The notes: generated from the letters alone by a model not told the origin. A stretch of DNA of 64,000 bases from an uncultured Chloroflexia bacterium (GCA_963739865.1 CAVUCA010000011.1:25028-89027); one strand, 5' to 3'; positions 31,189-39,408 are shown, counted from the stretch's first letter. Program-made: numbers and translations.

Positions 31189-31265
31189 TGGTGGGCGGTA
31201 GGGGACTCGAACCTCTGACCTCACGGATGTGAACCGTGTGCTCTAACCGACTGAGCCAACCGCCC
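31189..31265 (-). tRNA. tRNA-Val (anticodon CAC), CCA encoded
   Basis: Cloverleaf folded by hand: 7-bp acceptor GGGCGGT/ACCGCCC, D stem GCTC/GAGC, anticodon stem CACGG/CCGTG with loop TTCACAT, T loop TTCGAGT (one A-C mismatch in the T stem). Confidence 0.9.
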
Positions 31266-31278
31266 TTAAACGTCCTAT

Positions 31279-31308
31279 ATTTTAACCTGATACAGTGTTG
31301 ATTGTAAA
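31279..31308 (-). promoter_or_regulatory. candidate promoter of tRNA-Val
   Basis: On the minus strand TTTACA (31308-31303), 18 nt, TAAAAT (31284-31279), 13 nt before the tRNA 5' end. Confidence 0.4.
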
Positions 31309-31541
31309 CACAGCGGTAGTTCTATCGCTTCCTATCTGGAAAGTTAGGACTGATATTGATAATAGCTACATTGGACCATGTTTTTGTCCCGATACCAAGT
31401 CATTAGTTATACAACTCCAATTAAGGTTATAATTTTATATAAGGGACGTAACTTCTCTAAAAACTGCTGATAAACACCCGTTTCCTGACCCGGTGTTGAA
31501 CGATGTGTTGAATAAGTAATGTGTGAAGCGGGAGGGGAAAT

Positions 31542-31949
31542 ATGTCAGTTGAACGCAATAAAACCACGCTGAAACGACTGTATGCTGAAGTCTGGAACAA
31601 AGGGAACACCTCGGTAATACCGGACCTGGTATCTCCCGAATTTTTCACCCGCGGCCTCCATAAAAACTTTACCGGCCACGACGGTTATGAGGAAATGGTA
31701 TCCAATCTGCGTACCGATATCCCGGATATTCACTTCACCATCGATGAAATAGTAGGCGAAGGCGATAACCTTGTCTACCGCATTACCGGTGAAGGGACTT
31801 ATAGGAGAAAACGATATAAGTGGACCCAGGCACTTTTTACCTGTTACAAAGATGGGAAAGTGGCCGAGGCTTTAAGCATCGCTGATAATCTTACCTGGTA
31901 CCAGCCGGCAGGTACCGTACCGCCCAGTTATGAGTTGAAAAAGAACTAA
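31542..31949 (+). CDS. SnoaL-like / predicted ester cyclase
   Basis: NKTTLKRLYAEVWNKGN opening typical of the COG5485 family, 135 aa, GGGAGGGG SD. Confidence 0.7.
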   Translation: MSVERNKTTLKRLYAEVWNKGNTSVIPDLVSPEFFTRGLHKNFTGHDGYEEMVSNLRTDIPDIHFTIDEIVGEGDNLVYRITGEGTYRRKRYKWTQALFTCYKDGKVAEALSIADNLTWYQPAGTVPPSYELKKN

Positions 31950-32433
31950 GCTTTACATTATCAAGGATAGAGATAACTAACCATCCGACAAAGTTGGACA
32001 GCTTCAACCGGCGTACGTGCGGACTGTTTTCCAGCTTCCCCTTGATCGAGAAGAAAATGATGATGGAAATGATGAATACTAAAGTCAGGATAACACTGGA
32101 AATCATACACAACGAACAAAATCCGTAGAGGATAAAGATTTTCAGACAATACAAATAAACGGTGAAAATAATTCCCACCAGTTCCACTTCGAATATCCCC
32201 AATGCCATTACATGCTCCCATACCCAATCTTTTCACCTTAACAGCAACCCCAATGTAATCAACACCGCATACATAGCAATGCTGATCAACGCCAGCGGGA
32301 TGTTCCAAATTACGGTAAAATTACTGGTCAGCACGATATCGCACCTGGCATCCAGTACACAGACCGTCGCCACGTTTGCGTAATGTGTATAGGTCAGTTA
32401 TCCCGCCACCTCCAACACCGGTATCAGTATCAT
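31891..32433 (-). pseudogene. vitamin K epoxide reductase (VKOR) family gene with in-frame TAA and TGA
   Basis: …LEVAG*LTYTHYANVATVCVLDARCDIVLTSNFTVIWNIPLALISIAMY…LLR*KDWVWEH…YGFCSLCMISS. Stops at 32398-32400 and 32233-32235. Confidence 0.7.
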
Positions 32434-32576
32434 GGCGGCATCACTGAAGGTGAAACAGCGGCCGGCTTCACGGTTACCGGGGCATTACCGGTCTGCCAGC
32501 CGATAACGCTGGCGGTAAGCCAACTGGCCTAAGTAAACGGATACCTCGTGGCTCGTCGTACCCTAAATTTGTTGTT

Positions 32577-32921
32577 TTACCGCACCATCCTGTAACTTAA
32601 CAAGGATTCCCTGATATGGTCCTCTTTTGTCTGAATGGCACCTATTTCCTGTTCCAGGACTTCCCGGATAATTTTTTTATTTTCTTCCACCGCGGCTCTA
32701 ATAACCATCTTTTGCTCTTCTACCAATTCACGGACGGCATTTTTTATCTCTTCTTTAATCATAGCTTTGATTTCGTCATCGATCGTTTTACTAATATCAA
32801 CCTGGTTTTCTTCCTCTTCCGCTATACAGGACAGGATATCCTTAATTGTATAGACAGTATTCTTTTTCGTTTCATTGTCAGACTCTTTTTCTGTATTACC
32901 GCAATTCCATTTTGGAACCAT
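32577..32921 (-). CDS. hypothetical acidic coiled-coil protein
   Basis: 114 aa, E/K-rich heptad-like sequence, AT-rich codon usage. Lies 68 nt downstream of 32990..33835 on the same strand. Confidence 0.55.
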   Translation of the reverse strand: MVPKWNCGNTEKESDNETKKNTVYTIKDILSCIAEEEENQVDISKTIDDEIKAMIKEEIKNAVRELVEEQKMVIRAAVEENKKIIREVLEQEIGAIQTKEDHIRESLLSYRMVR

Positions 32922-32989
32922 ATCTCTACCTCTTTTTTTACACTGAATTGACTAGTCCTTTGTCTGCTGATATTCGTCCTAAATCACAC

Positions 32990-33835
32990 TTATGTCGATG
33001 CTAAATCTATTTCCACCTGATGATGGAACACAGCAACATTTAGTACTTTTTCTAGATTGACGGCGATGATACCGATAAGTTTAGTATATTGCGTGCGCAT
33101 GTTGGGACTGATGCGGTTAAATTCCGTAGATAACCAGACTAGGTTATTCAATAAGGTAATATCATCATAGATTCCCCTTAGATCGTGTTTAAGATCTGGT
33201 GTCATATCACTTACCAATGTCTGATTAGCATCCCAAAAGGATGTTTCCAGAGGTAACAACTTCTCACCAGCAAATTCCTTGATTATTTCAAGATTATGCT
33301 CAAATTCATAAAGAAACGCTGATATTCTACTTATATGTTCATCTTGACTGGTAGAGACTAAGCCATCATTTTGTAAGGACCAATGTAAAGGAGTCTTGTC
33401 TGGTACGACATAAAACTCATGGTGATTTTCCAGATCATCCATAACGGAAGTTTTTCTCCAATCTCTATCCAATTCAGATAATGTTTGAGGAATCTGTTTT
33501 TTTATGAAGTTGTGATATGAAAATACTTCGGTTTTCTCGTTTATATCTTGTCGGTTCCCGGTAAACGACAAATAATCTAGTAATGGTGAACCAAACATAA
33601 CGTTTCTAATTTCTTTCATTTTGGCTTGAAACCGACCGATAATTGAGTAATACTGAAAAGGATTGGTACGCTGTAAAACAGGTGACGAATTAAACAAAAT
33701 GCTAAGCATAACCCACAAACTTATACTTTTTTTATAAGTTATACGGATATAAATATACGAATATAATATCCCGACTGAAATGCCGGCTATTACACTCACT
33801 ATAGAAAAACCGATTACTAGACCGATATTCATCAA
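32990..33835 (-). CDS. hypothetical membrane-anchored protein with an unassigned helical C-terminal domain
   Basis: 281 aa, N-terminal TM helices. The C-terminal ~115 aa are paralogous to 53966..54418 (KEFxGxKLLPLET, GIYDDI and VWLSTEFN blocks). Confidence 0.65.
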   Translation of the reverse strand: MMNIGLVIGFSIVSVIAGISVGILYSYIYIRITYKKSISLWVMLSILFNSSPVLQRTNPFQYYSIIGRFQAKMKEIRNVMFGSPLLDYLSFTGNRQDINEKTEVFSYHNFIKKQIPQTLSELDRDWRKTSVMDDLENHHEFYVVPDKTPLHWSLQNDGLVSTSQDEHISRISAFLYEFEHNLEIIKEFAGEKLLPLETSFWDANQTLVSDMTPDLKHDLRGIYDDITLLNNLVWLSTEFNRISPNMRTQYTKLIGIIAVNLEKVLNVAVFHHQVEIDLAST

Positions 33836-34149
33836 ATATTCACCTAAGGAATATTAGCCATATTTTTGTTGGTATGACATCACTTTTGTTCTTACTAAAC
33901 AACTCAAATTAACAGTAACTATCTTTAGCTCTCACTACAATAGTTCGTTAAGGTGGTCTTTTGATGACATTGGTAATAGGTCTAAAGTCCCAAAGAAATC
34001 ACAGGGATACCGACAAAACGAAAATCTGGTTGAAATTGGTGGAAGTGGGATGGATAACATTATTCAGACATACTATATTGATATATTTACTAAAGGCAAT
34101 CATATATAAGACAATTGATCTGATTTCATTCAATAATAACTTAAGTAAG

Positions 34150-34519
34150 TTAATCTTCTTCGAGTTCGTCCAGCCGCTCGTCACTGATACCGAAGTGATG
34201 GGCAATTTCATGGATCACGACTTCACGTACCAAGGCCACCACCTCCTCTCCTGTCCGGCAACTAGCCTCGATCGGCCGCTGAAAGATGGTGATTTTGTCC
34301 GGTAGCACCATGCCGTAATCATGTCCCCGCCGGGTGTGCGGCACCCCTTCATACAACCCCAGCAAGGTATTTCCCGGTTCCACCTGGGAACGGTGTAATT
34401 GCGCCCGGGCAGGCAGGTCTTCCACCACGATCGCCACATTATCCAACTGCTCAGCAAATTCTGCCGGCAGCCCCTCCACCGCCGCTGCCACCAGTTCTTC
34501 AAAATGTTTCCCGCTTCAT
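34150..34519 (-). pseudogene. DUF1025/Zincin_1-type metallopeptidase family protein with a 5' frameshift (or assembly indel)
   Basis: HEIAHHFG zinc motif. ATG 34519 gives MKRETF and then TGA. Removing one A from the A4 run at 34501-34504 yields MKRETFEELVAAAVEGLPAEF…. The longest intact ORF is 34150..34491. Confidence 0.75.
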
Positions 34520-34538
34520 CAGGACCCCCTGACTTGTG

Positions 34539-35792
34539 TTATTGATTAGTCATCTCTTCCGCCGTCTTCTGGGCTAACGGCCGTACCAGGCAGATGACCC
34601 CCAATGCTAAAGCATAACATATTGACGATACTATCAATGCAATGCTGTAGCCGCCGGTATGGTCGTATATCCACCCCCACACCAGCGGCCCCGTCCCCCC
34701 GATCAGCCCCCACCCCAGGGTTAATGTCCCGAACAGCGACCCCACATGTTCCCTCCCGTAGAGGTCGCCCAGGTAAGGGGCAAACAGGGTGTTCGGAAAG
34801 CCCACCACCAAGCCGACGGCCACGGCAAATACCCCTAACATCCACGGTGATGTGGTTCCCGCCAGTCCCAGCAGGAATACCGCAAATGACATCGCCGTGC
34901 CGATGACCAGTATCTTCTGTTTTCCGTAACGGTCGCCCATGATGCCGCCGAATATCCGGGCGCCGATGGACGGCCCGTTGAACAGGGTCACAAAGATCCC
35001 CGCTGCCGCTACCGAACTCCCCAGGTCGACCGCCCATACTACCAGGTGCCCCAGCAGCCCGTTATACACGATCCCGATCAGGCTGTAAGCCAGGAACAAC
35101 AACCAGAACTGCCGGGTTTTCAGGGCTTCCCGCAGCCGCCATTTCTTTTTAGTTTCTGCCGCGAGTATTTTTGTCGCCACGGCTGGATCACCATCCGGTG
35201 TTAGCCCCACTGCCTCCGGGGTATCCCGGATGACGAAATAAGCTAACAGGATAATGGGAATGCCGGTGACGAAAGCTGCTCCCACGGATACTGCCCGCCA
35301 GCCGAAGCTCGCGGCTAGTGAAGTCAACAGGGGGCTGAATGCTGCCGTCCCCAGGGCAAAAGCTGAGCCCACAATGCCCCCCGCCAGTCCGCCCCGCCGG
35401 ATGAACCATTTCCGGGAAATGGACTGCACACAGACCAGGTGGGTGAAACTGACTGCAATACCGGCTACCACCCCATAGTACAGGTATAATTGCCATACTG
35501 AATTAATGGTCGACAGCAGAAGCCAGCCAGCCATGCACAATCCACCGCCAAGTAGTATCGTTTTCCGGCCGCCGAAGCGGTCCACCATGATACCGGTCAG
35601 TATGGACAGGAAAGAGTAGACCCATAAAGACACGCTCTGTGCCGTCCCGATCAGGGACCGCGACCAGTCCAGTTCTGCCGAGATCGCCGGGAAAAAGGCT
35701 GAGACGCTATAACGGGACATCGGGCCCAGGCTTCCGACCACCACCAGGGCAGCCAGCAGCCACCAGCCATAAAAGATGCCTTTATTTTTCAA
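34539..35792 (-). CDS. MFS transporter (oxalate/formate antiporter-like)
   Basis: 417 aa, 12 TM helices, DRFGGRK motif. Confidence 0.85.
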   Translation of the reverse strand: MKNKGIFYGWWLLAALVVVGSLGPMSRYSVSAFFPAISAELDWSRSLIGTAQSVSLWVYSFLSILTGIMVDRFGGRKTILLGGGLCMAGWLLLSTINSVWQLYLYYGVVAGIAVSFTHLVCVQSISRKWFIRRGGLAGGIVGSAFALGTAAFSPLLTSLAASFGWRAVSVGAAFVTGIPIILLAYFVIRDTPEAVGLTPDGDPAVATKILAAETKKKWRLREALKTRQFWLLFLAYSLIGIVYNGLLGHLVVWAVDLGSSVAAAGIFVTLFNGPSIGARIFGGIMGDRYGKQKILVIGTAMSFAVFLLGLAGTTSPWMLGVFAVAVGLVVGFPNTLFAPYLGDLYGREHVGSLFGTLTLGWGLIGGTGPLVWGWIYDHTGGYSIALIVSSICYALALGVICLVRPLAQKTAEEMTNQ

Positions 35793-35906
35793 TATCCACC
35801 TGTATATAAAAAATCAGGGGACACCGCCAACGATGTCCCCTCCCCAACTAATATAGTATATTGTACTACACGGCGTGTTATGGTTTTTGAAAAAGAATCC
35901 CTAAAT

Positions 35907-36168
35907 GTCATTCCTGACCCAACTTGTTTGTCATCCCGGACTTGATCCGGGATCTAGCGTAATTTATAACCTGGATTCCCGGTCGTGGCCGGGAATGACG
36001 AATAGTTAGCGGGAGGGGTAAATCTTAAGGCGGACGACTCGCTGAGTCGTCCATTCATGATCGGCAAGTGAAATACGGATCCTTTCGGCTTCGCCTCAGG
36101 ATAACATCTCAAAGTAACTCAATTTGTCATTCCGAACCTTTTGTATCCGACCGAAATCGGCGGAATCC
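35907..36168. repeat. cluster of five GTCATYCY…GGAWYC palindromic modules
   Basis: Modules begin or end at about 35907, 35930-35954, 35974-35999 (rc), 36078-36105 (rc) and 36126-36168. Example: GTCATCCCGGACTTGATCCGGGATC. Confidence 0.8.
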
Positions 36169-36283
36169 GGATTCTGGTGATGTTTTCCAGATAAATCCCA
36201 TAAAAGAGGGGCTGTCCGTGAATCCGTACAGCCCCCACTCTTACTTCTTAGTGCTTAGAATTTAATGTTTAGAGTTTCGTCTT

Positions 36284-38122
36284 TTATCTTCTTGGCGGCC
36301 CCATAGGCGGCCACATCACCGGGACCAACTCATCCAAACCCAATGATTTCAATTTCATCATGCTCGGCTTGGTGGTATTGCGGTCCCAATCCAGTGCCCC
36401 CAGGTTCCAGTAATTCCAGGCATCAGCATTGATGGTCACTCCCGCCAACGGCCCTTCTTTCAAGGCCGGGCTGCCGGTGATCCGGGGATGGACCGGCCAT
36501 TTCACTTCGGAAATCCCTTCCCGCAGGTTGAAAGCATGCCGCATCACGGCGATCCTTTCGCCAGCCCGCAGCAATTCACCCATGTTGGTGTTCCAACCAG
36601 TGATGGCATTGATCAACCCGACAAACCGGTTGTCACCGTCCGGGCCCCCACCAAAGCCCCACCCGAAGGTGCATAAGCCCAGGGCATTGACCAGGTGGCC
36701 GCGGAAGCTGCCCGGCCCGAAGCCGGCGGTGTGGCGGCCGGGGGTGGCATCCAGTTGATACTGGCTGATGTTGAAGCCGCCGAAAGGCGAGATCAACTTG
36801 GGATCGTGCATGCCCAGTTCCTGCCCGCCGATATGGACGGCGTACTTCTCGGCACCCTTGCCGATCTTTTCCGCCGCTTTCTTCACACCGTTAGCCAGGA
36901 TGGCGCCCAGGCCTTTACCTTCCGCCATCATCTGGGTGACCGCTACCAGTGCCTGGTGGTTGCCCCATTTCAGGTCGGCGCCGCCGGTATCCTTTTTGGT
37001 CAGGATGCCGTTCTCGTAGCATTCGATGGCAAAGGCTACTGCCGTACCGGCGGAAATGGTGTCCAATCCGGCACGGTTGCAGATATCATTAGCCATGTTG
37101 ATGGACTCTTCGTTATTGTTGCCGCACATCACCCCGAAGACGCCCAGGGTCTCGTATTCCGGGCGGCGGCTGCCGGCGGCGTACTTATACTCGCCGGTGC
37201 CTTCTTTCATCAGGGCTTTACAGGCGATCGGACAATGCCAGCATCCGCCGGCTTTGGTTGTTTTCGCCTTGATGGCATCACCTTTCAATTCCGATACATC
37301 AGGGACATCCTTCACACCCACGCCACCCCAGTTCTTGACCGGGGTATCGCCGCTGTGGGCTGAAGTGGCGGCCATGCCGCTGGTGCCGAAAGTATGGAAA
37401 TTGTCAATGAAAGACATGCCGCCGGGGCCCGGCTGCTGCCAGCCCTTGATCTGTTCCATCCTTAATTTGTCCACCGTAGGTTTATCAACAATGGTTACCG
37501 GCAGGCTGCCTTTGGCGACTACGGCCTTGAGTTTTTTGGAACCCATGACTGCTCCCAGGCCTGACCGTCCCGCGGCGGAGCCGTGGTCAGTCATGATGGA
37601 AGCGATCAGGCTCTGTCTTTCGCCGGCGGGTCCGATGCAGGCTACTCGGCTGTCTTTGCCATATTCGGCAGCCAGGGTATCTTCTGTTTCATAGGCATCT
37701 TTGCCCCAGAGTGCCGAGGCGTCTTTGAGTTCGGCTTTGCCGTTGTTCAACAGCAGGTAGACCGGTTTGGGGGAAATCCCGGTAAAAAATACCCCGTCGA
37801 AACCGGCAAATTTCAGGTAAGGCCCGAATTCGCCGCCCGAATTGGCATCGCCCCAACCGCCGGTTAGAGGCGATTTCCCGACTACCTGGTAGCGGGCACC
37901 GGTGGGCATGGGCGTGCCGGTCAACAGGCCGCCTATCATACCCAGGGTATTTTCCGGACCCAGTGCATCTACACCGGGTTTCTGTCGGCTGTACAGGATC
38001 CTGACACCGATGCCGTAACCGCCGATATAATCACGGTACATCTGTTCATCCGGGGTTTCTTCCTTAATCGTTCCGGTGGTAAGATCGACAAATATAATCT
38101 TACCAGCATAACCTCCAGCCAT
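36284..38122 (-). CDS. aldehyde:ferredoxin oxidoreductase family (tungstopterin) enzyme
   Basis: 612 aa. N-terminal GGYAGKIIFVDLTTG, Cys cluster region GGCWHCPIAC, AOR-typical length. GAGGAG SD. Confidence 0.88.
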   Translation of the reverse strand: MAGGYAGKIIFVDLTTGTIKEETPDEQMYRDYIGGYGIGVRILYSRQKPGVDALGPENTLGMIGGLLTGTPMPTGARYQVVGKSPLTGGWGDANSGGEFGPYLKFAGFDGVFFTGISPKPVYLLLNNGKAELKDASALWGKDAYETEDTLAAEYGKDSRVACIGPAGERQSLIASIMTDHGSAAGRSGLGAVMGSKKLKAVVAKGSLPVTIVDKPTVDKLRMEQIKGWQQPGPGGMSFIDNFHTFGTSGMAATSAHSGDTPVKNWGGVGVKDVPDVSELKGDAIKAKTTKAGGCWHCPIACKALMKEGTGEYKYAAGSRRPEYETLGVFGVMCGNNNEESINMANDICNRAGLDTISAGTAVAFAIECYENGILTKKDTGGADLKWGNHQALVAVTQMMAEGKGLGAILANGVKKAAEKIGKGAEKYAVHIGGQELGMHDPKLISPFGGFNISQYQLDATPGRHTAGFGPGSFRGHLVNALGLCTFGWGFGGGPDGDNRFVGLINAITGWNTNMGELLRAGERIAVMRHAFNLREGISEVKWPVHPRITGSPALKEGPLAGVTINADAWNYWNLGALDWDRNTTKPSMMKLKSLGLDELVPVMWPPMGPPRR

Positions 38123-38200
38123 GCTTTTAGTCTCCTCTCTATTTCCTTTGCTAGCCCTATTCTATCATGTAGGAGCAGAACGTCAAACCCCCTGAAAACC

Positions 38201-38227
38201 AAAAAGCCCGGCTTTAAAGGCCGGGCT
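38201..38227 (-). terminator. rho-independent terminator (minus strand)
   Basis: AGCCCGGC/GCCGGGCT 8-bp stem, 7-nt loop, followed on the minus strand by a T-run. Confidence 0.65.
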
Positions 38228-38276
38228 GTATATTGTCTGGTGGCTACCAGATAAGCTCCTTACGAAGTAAGGGCCC

Positions 38277-38393
38277 TTATATAGTAGCGAAGGGGCTGTG
38301 GCGAATGTTACGAACGAAATCAGTGGCGGGGGGAGTATCTTCGCCCAGGATTACGTTGATGATCGCTACGGCTACTTGTGCAATTCTCTTCAT
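38277..38393 (-). CDS. 38-codon small ORF (MKRIAQVAVAIINVILGEDTPPATDFVRNIRHSPFATI)
   Basis: AAGGAGG 7 nt upstream of the ATG and two hairpins including a terminator downstream. It is below the ORF-track size cutoff. Confidence 0.45.
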   Translation of the reverse strand: MKRIAQVAVAIINVILGEDTPPATDFVRNIRHSPFATI

Positions 38394-38540
38394 TTGTGTT
38401 CCTCCTTAAGTAGTCAATTACCAGTATGCCACTGTCAAGTTACGTCAAGGTTAACAGATTCACACGAGAGTAAAGTTGTGGGGACGTTATAGTAACATTC
38501 CGGTTACAAAGTTGACTATTTTGGTCGGCTTTATAGTTGC

Positions 38541-38600
38541 CCATCCAGAGCCCGGTACCCTTAACACCTTACCGGGGCGTAGGGATCTCCCCGCGGTCGG
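38541..38600 (+). repeat. half copy (3' part) of the ~141-bp unit
   Basis: ATCCAGAGCC…AACAC…GGCGTAGGGATCTCCCCGCG matches the 3' part of the units at 38633 and 39181. Confidence 0.6.
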
Positions 38601-38632
38601 CAGGATCATCCGGCACTCACCATTTATCAAGA

Positions 38633-38773
38633 CAGGAGACTCCTACGTCGCCCCGCAGGAGAAAAGGAGCAGGGCTCCTCTGAGTGGTTACCAGGTTTCT
38701 ATCCAGAGCCTTGCCAACACTCCCTGATGCCTTGATGACAAGGCGTCGGGATCTCCCGCGCTGAGGTATATAA
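38633..38773 (+). repeat. ~141-bp direct repeat, copy A
   Basis: CAGGAGACTCCTACGTCGCCCCGCAGGAGAAAAGGAG…CTCTGAGTGGTTACCAGGTTTC…GGCGTCGGGATCTCCCGCGCTGAGGTATATAA. About 80% identical by eye to copy B. Confidence 0.85.
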
Positions 38774-38786
38774 ACCTAAGAATAAG

Positions 38787-39131
38787 TCAACCTTTTTCGC
38801 GGGTGAAGTCTATATATAAATCCCGCCAACCAGGATTTACCTTCTCAATCATCGTCACTTTCTTCATCCGGGAATACCCTTTGATCTGCTTTTCACGGAA
38901 AAGCGCTCCATCTCTACTATCAGCTACTTCATAATAAACCAATCTATTCACTCTATACTTCTTGGTAAATCCCTCGACCAAGCTTTGTTTGTGTGCCCAA
39001 ACACGCCTTAACAATTCATTGGTCTGACCGGTATATAGCACGTTATGGATACTATTAGCCAATATATATACATAATATGGACTAATAGGCATAAGTAAAT
39101 GATATTGTATCCCTGTTCTTAAATGCAACAT
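38787..39131 (-). CDS. GIY-YIG nuclease family protein (UPF0213-like), intact
   Basis: YYVYILANSIHNVLYTGQTNELLRRVWAHKQ…REKQIKG. The likely start is ATG 39092 (MPISPYYVY). Confidence 0.8.
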   Translation of the reverse strand: MLHLRTGIQYHLLMPISPYYVYILANSIHNVLYTGQTNELLRRVWAHKQSLVEGFTKKYRVNRLVYYEVADSRDGALFREKQIKGYSRMKKVTMIEKVNPGWRDLYIDFTREKG

Positions 39132-39180
39132 AACCTGTCAATCCATTATCGAAATATCTAACGTTTGACATCGTTCAAAG

Positions 39181-39322
39181 CAGGAGACTCTCACGTCGTC
39201 CCGCAGGAGAAAAGGAGGGGGACGCCTCTGAGTGGTTATCAGGTTTCCCATCAAGAACCTTGTTCAAACTCCCTGATACCTTATTAGCAAAGCGTCAGGA
39301 TCTCTCTTTCTGTGGTATATAA
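39181..39322 (+). repeat. ~141-bp direct repeat, copy B
   Basis: CAGGAGACTCTCACGTCGTCCCGCAGGAGAAAAGGAG…CTCTGAGTGGTTATCAGGTTTC…GCGTCAGGATCTCTCTTTCTGTGGTATATAA. Confidence 0.85.
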
Positions 39323-39408
39323 TTTCTTGACCTCCCCTTCCCTGATATGTTACCTTCTTGCTTACTCTAACTATACACAAATATTTGAGTGGAAAAGGTG
39401 GCAAAGCA

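Noticed and set aside
32233-32235. In-frame TGA of the VKOR gene as selenocysteine or recoding
   Set aside because: The gene also has an in-frame TAA. The TGA is not at a redox Cys position, and I saw no SECIS-like hairpin. Other genes use TGA and TAA as normal stops.
30790-34150. Integrated prophage or genomic island at tRNA-Val
   Set aside because: There is no integrase, no phage-like genes and no visible direct repeat of the tRNA 3' end. Only small degraded genes and a 1.6-kb AT-rich islet are present.
33961-34502. ORFs 33961..34305 (+) and 34215..34502 (-)
   Set aside because: The first spans AT-rich non-coding DNA and runs antisense into the metallopeptidase gene. The second is an alternative frame of that gene.
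35907-36168. Possible CRISPR array (also considered at 48616-48754 and 56440-56885)
   Set aside because: The repeats are of several different families, differ in length and orientation, have no regular spacing, and there are no cas genes. They are REP/MITE-like modules instead.
36695-37694. Two 222-aa plus-strand ORFs (36695..37363 and 37026..37694)
   Set aside because: Both are antisense to the AOR gene. They have Ala/Gly/Pro/Arg-rich low-complexity composition and no start signals.
38298-38492. 64-aa plus-strand ORF
   Set aside because: It has no SD and lies antisense to the much better signalled 38-codon ORF at 38277..38393.
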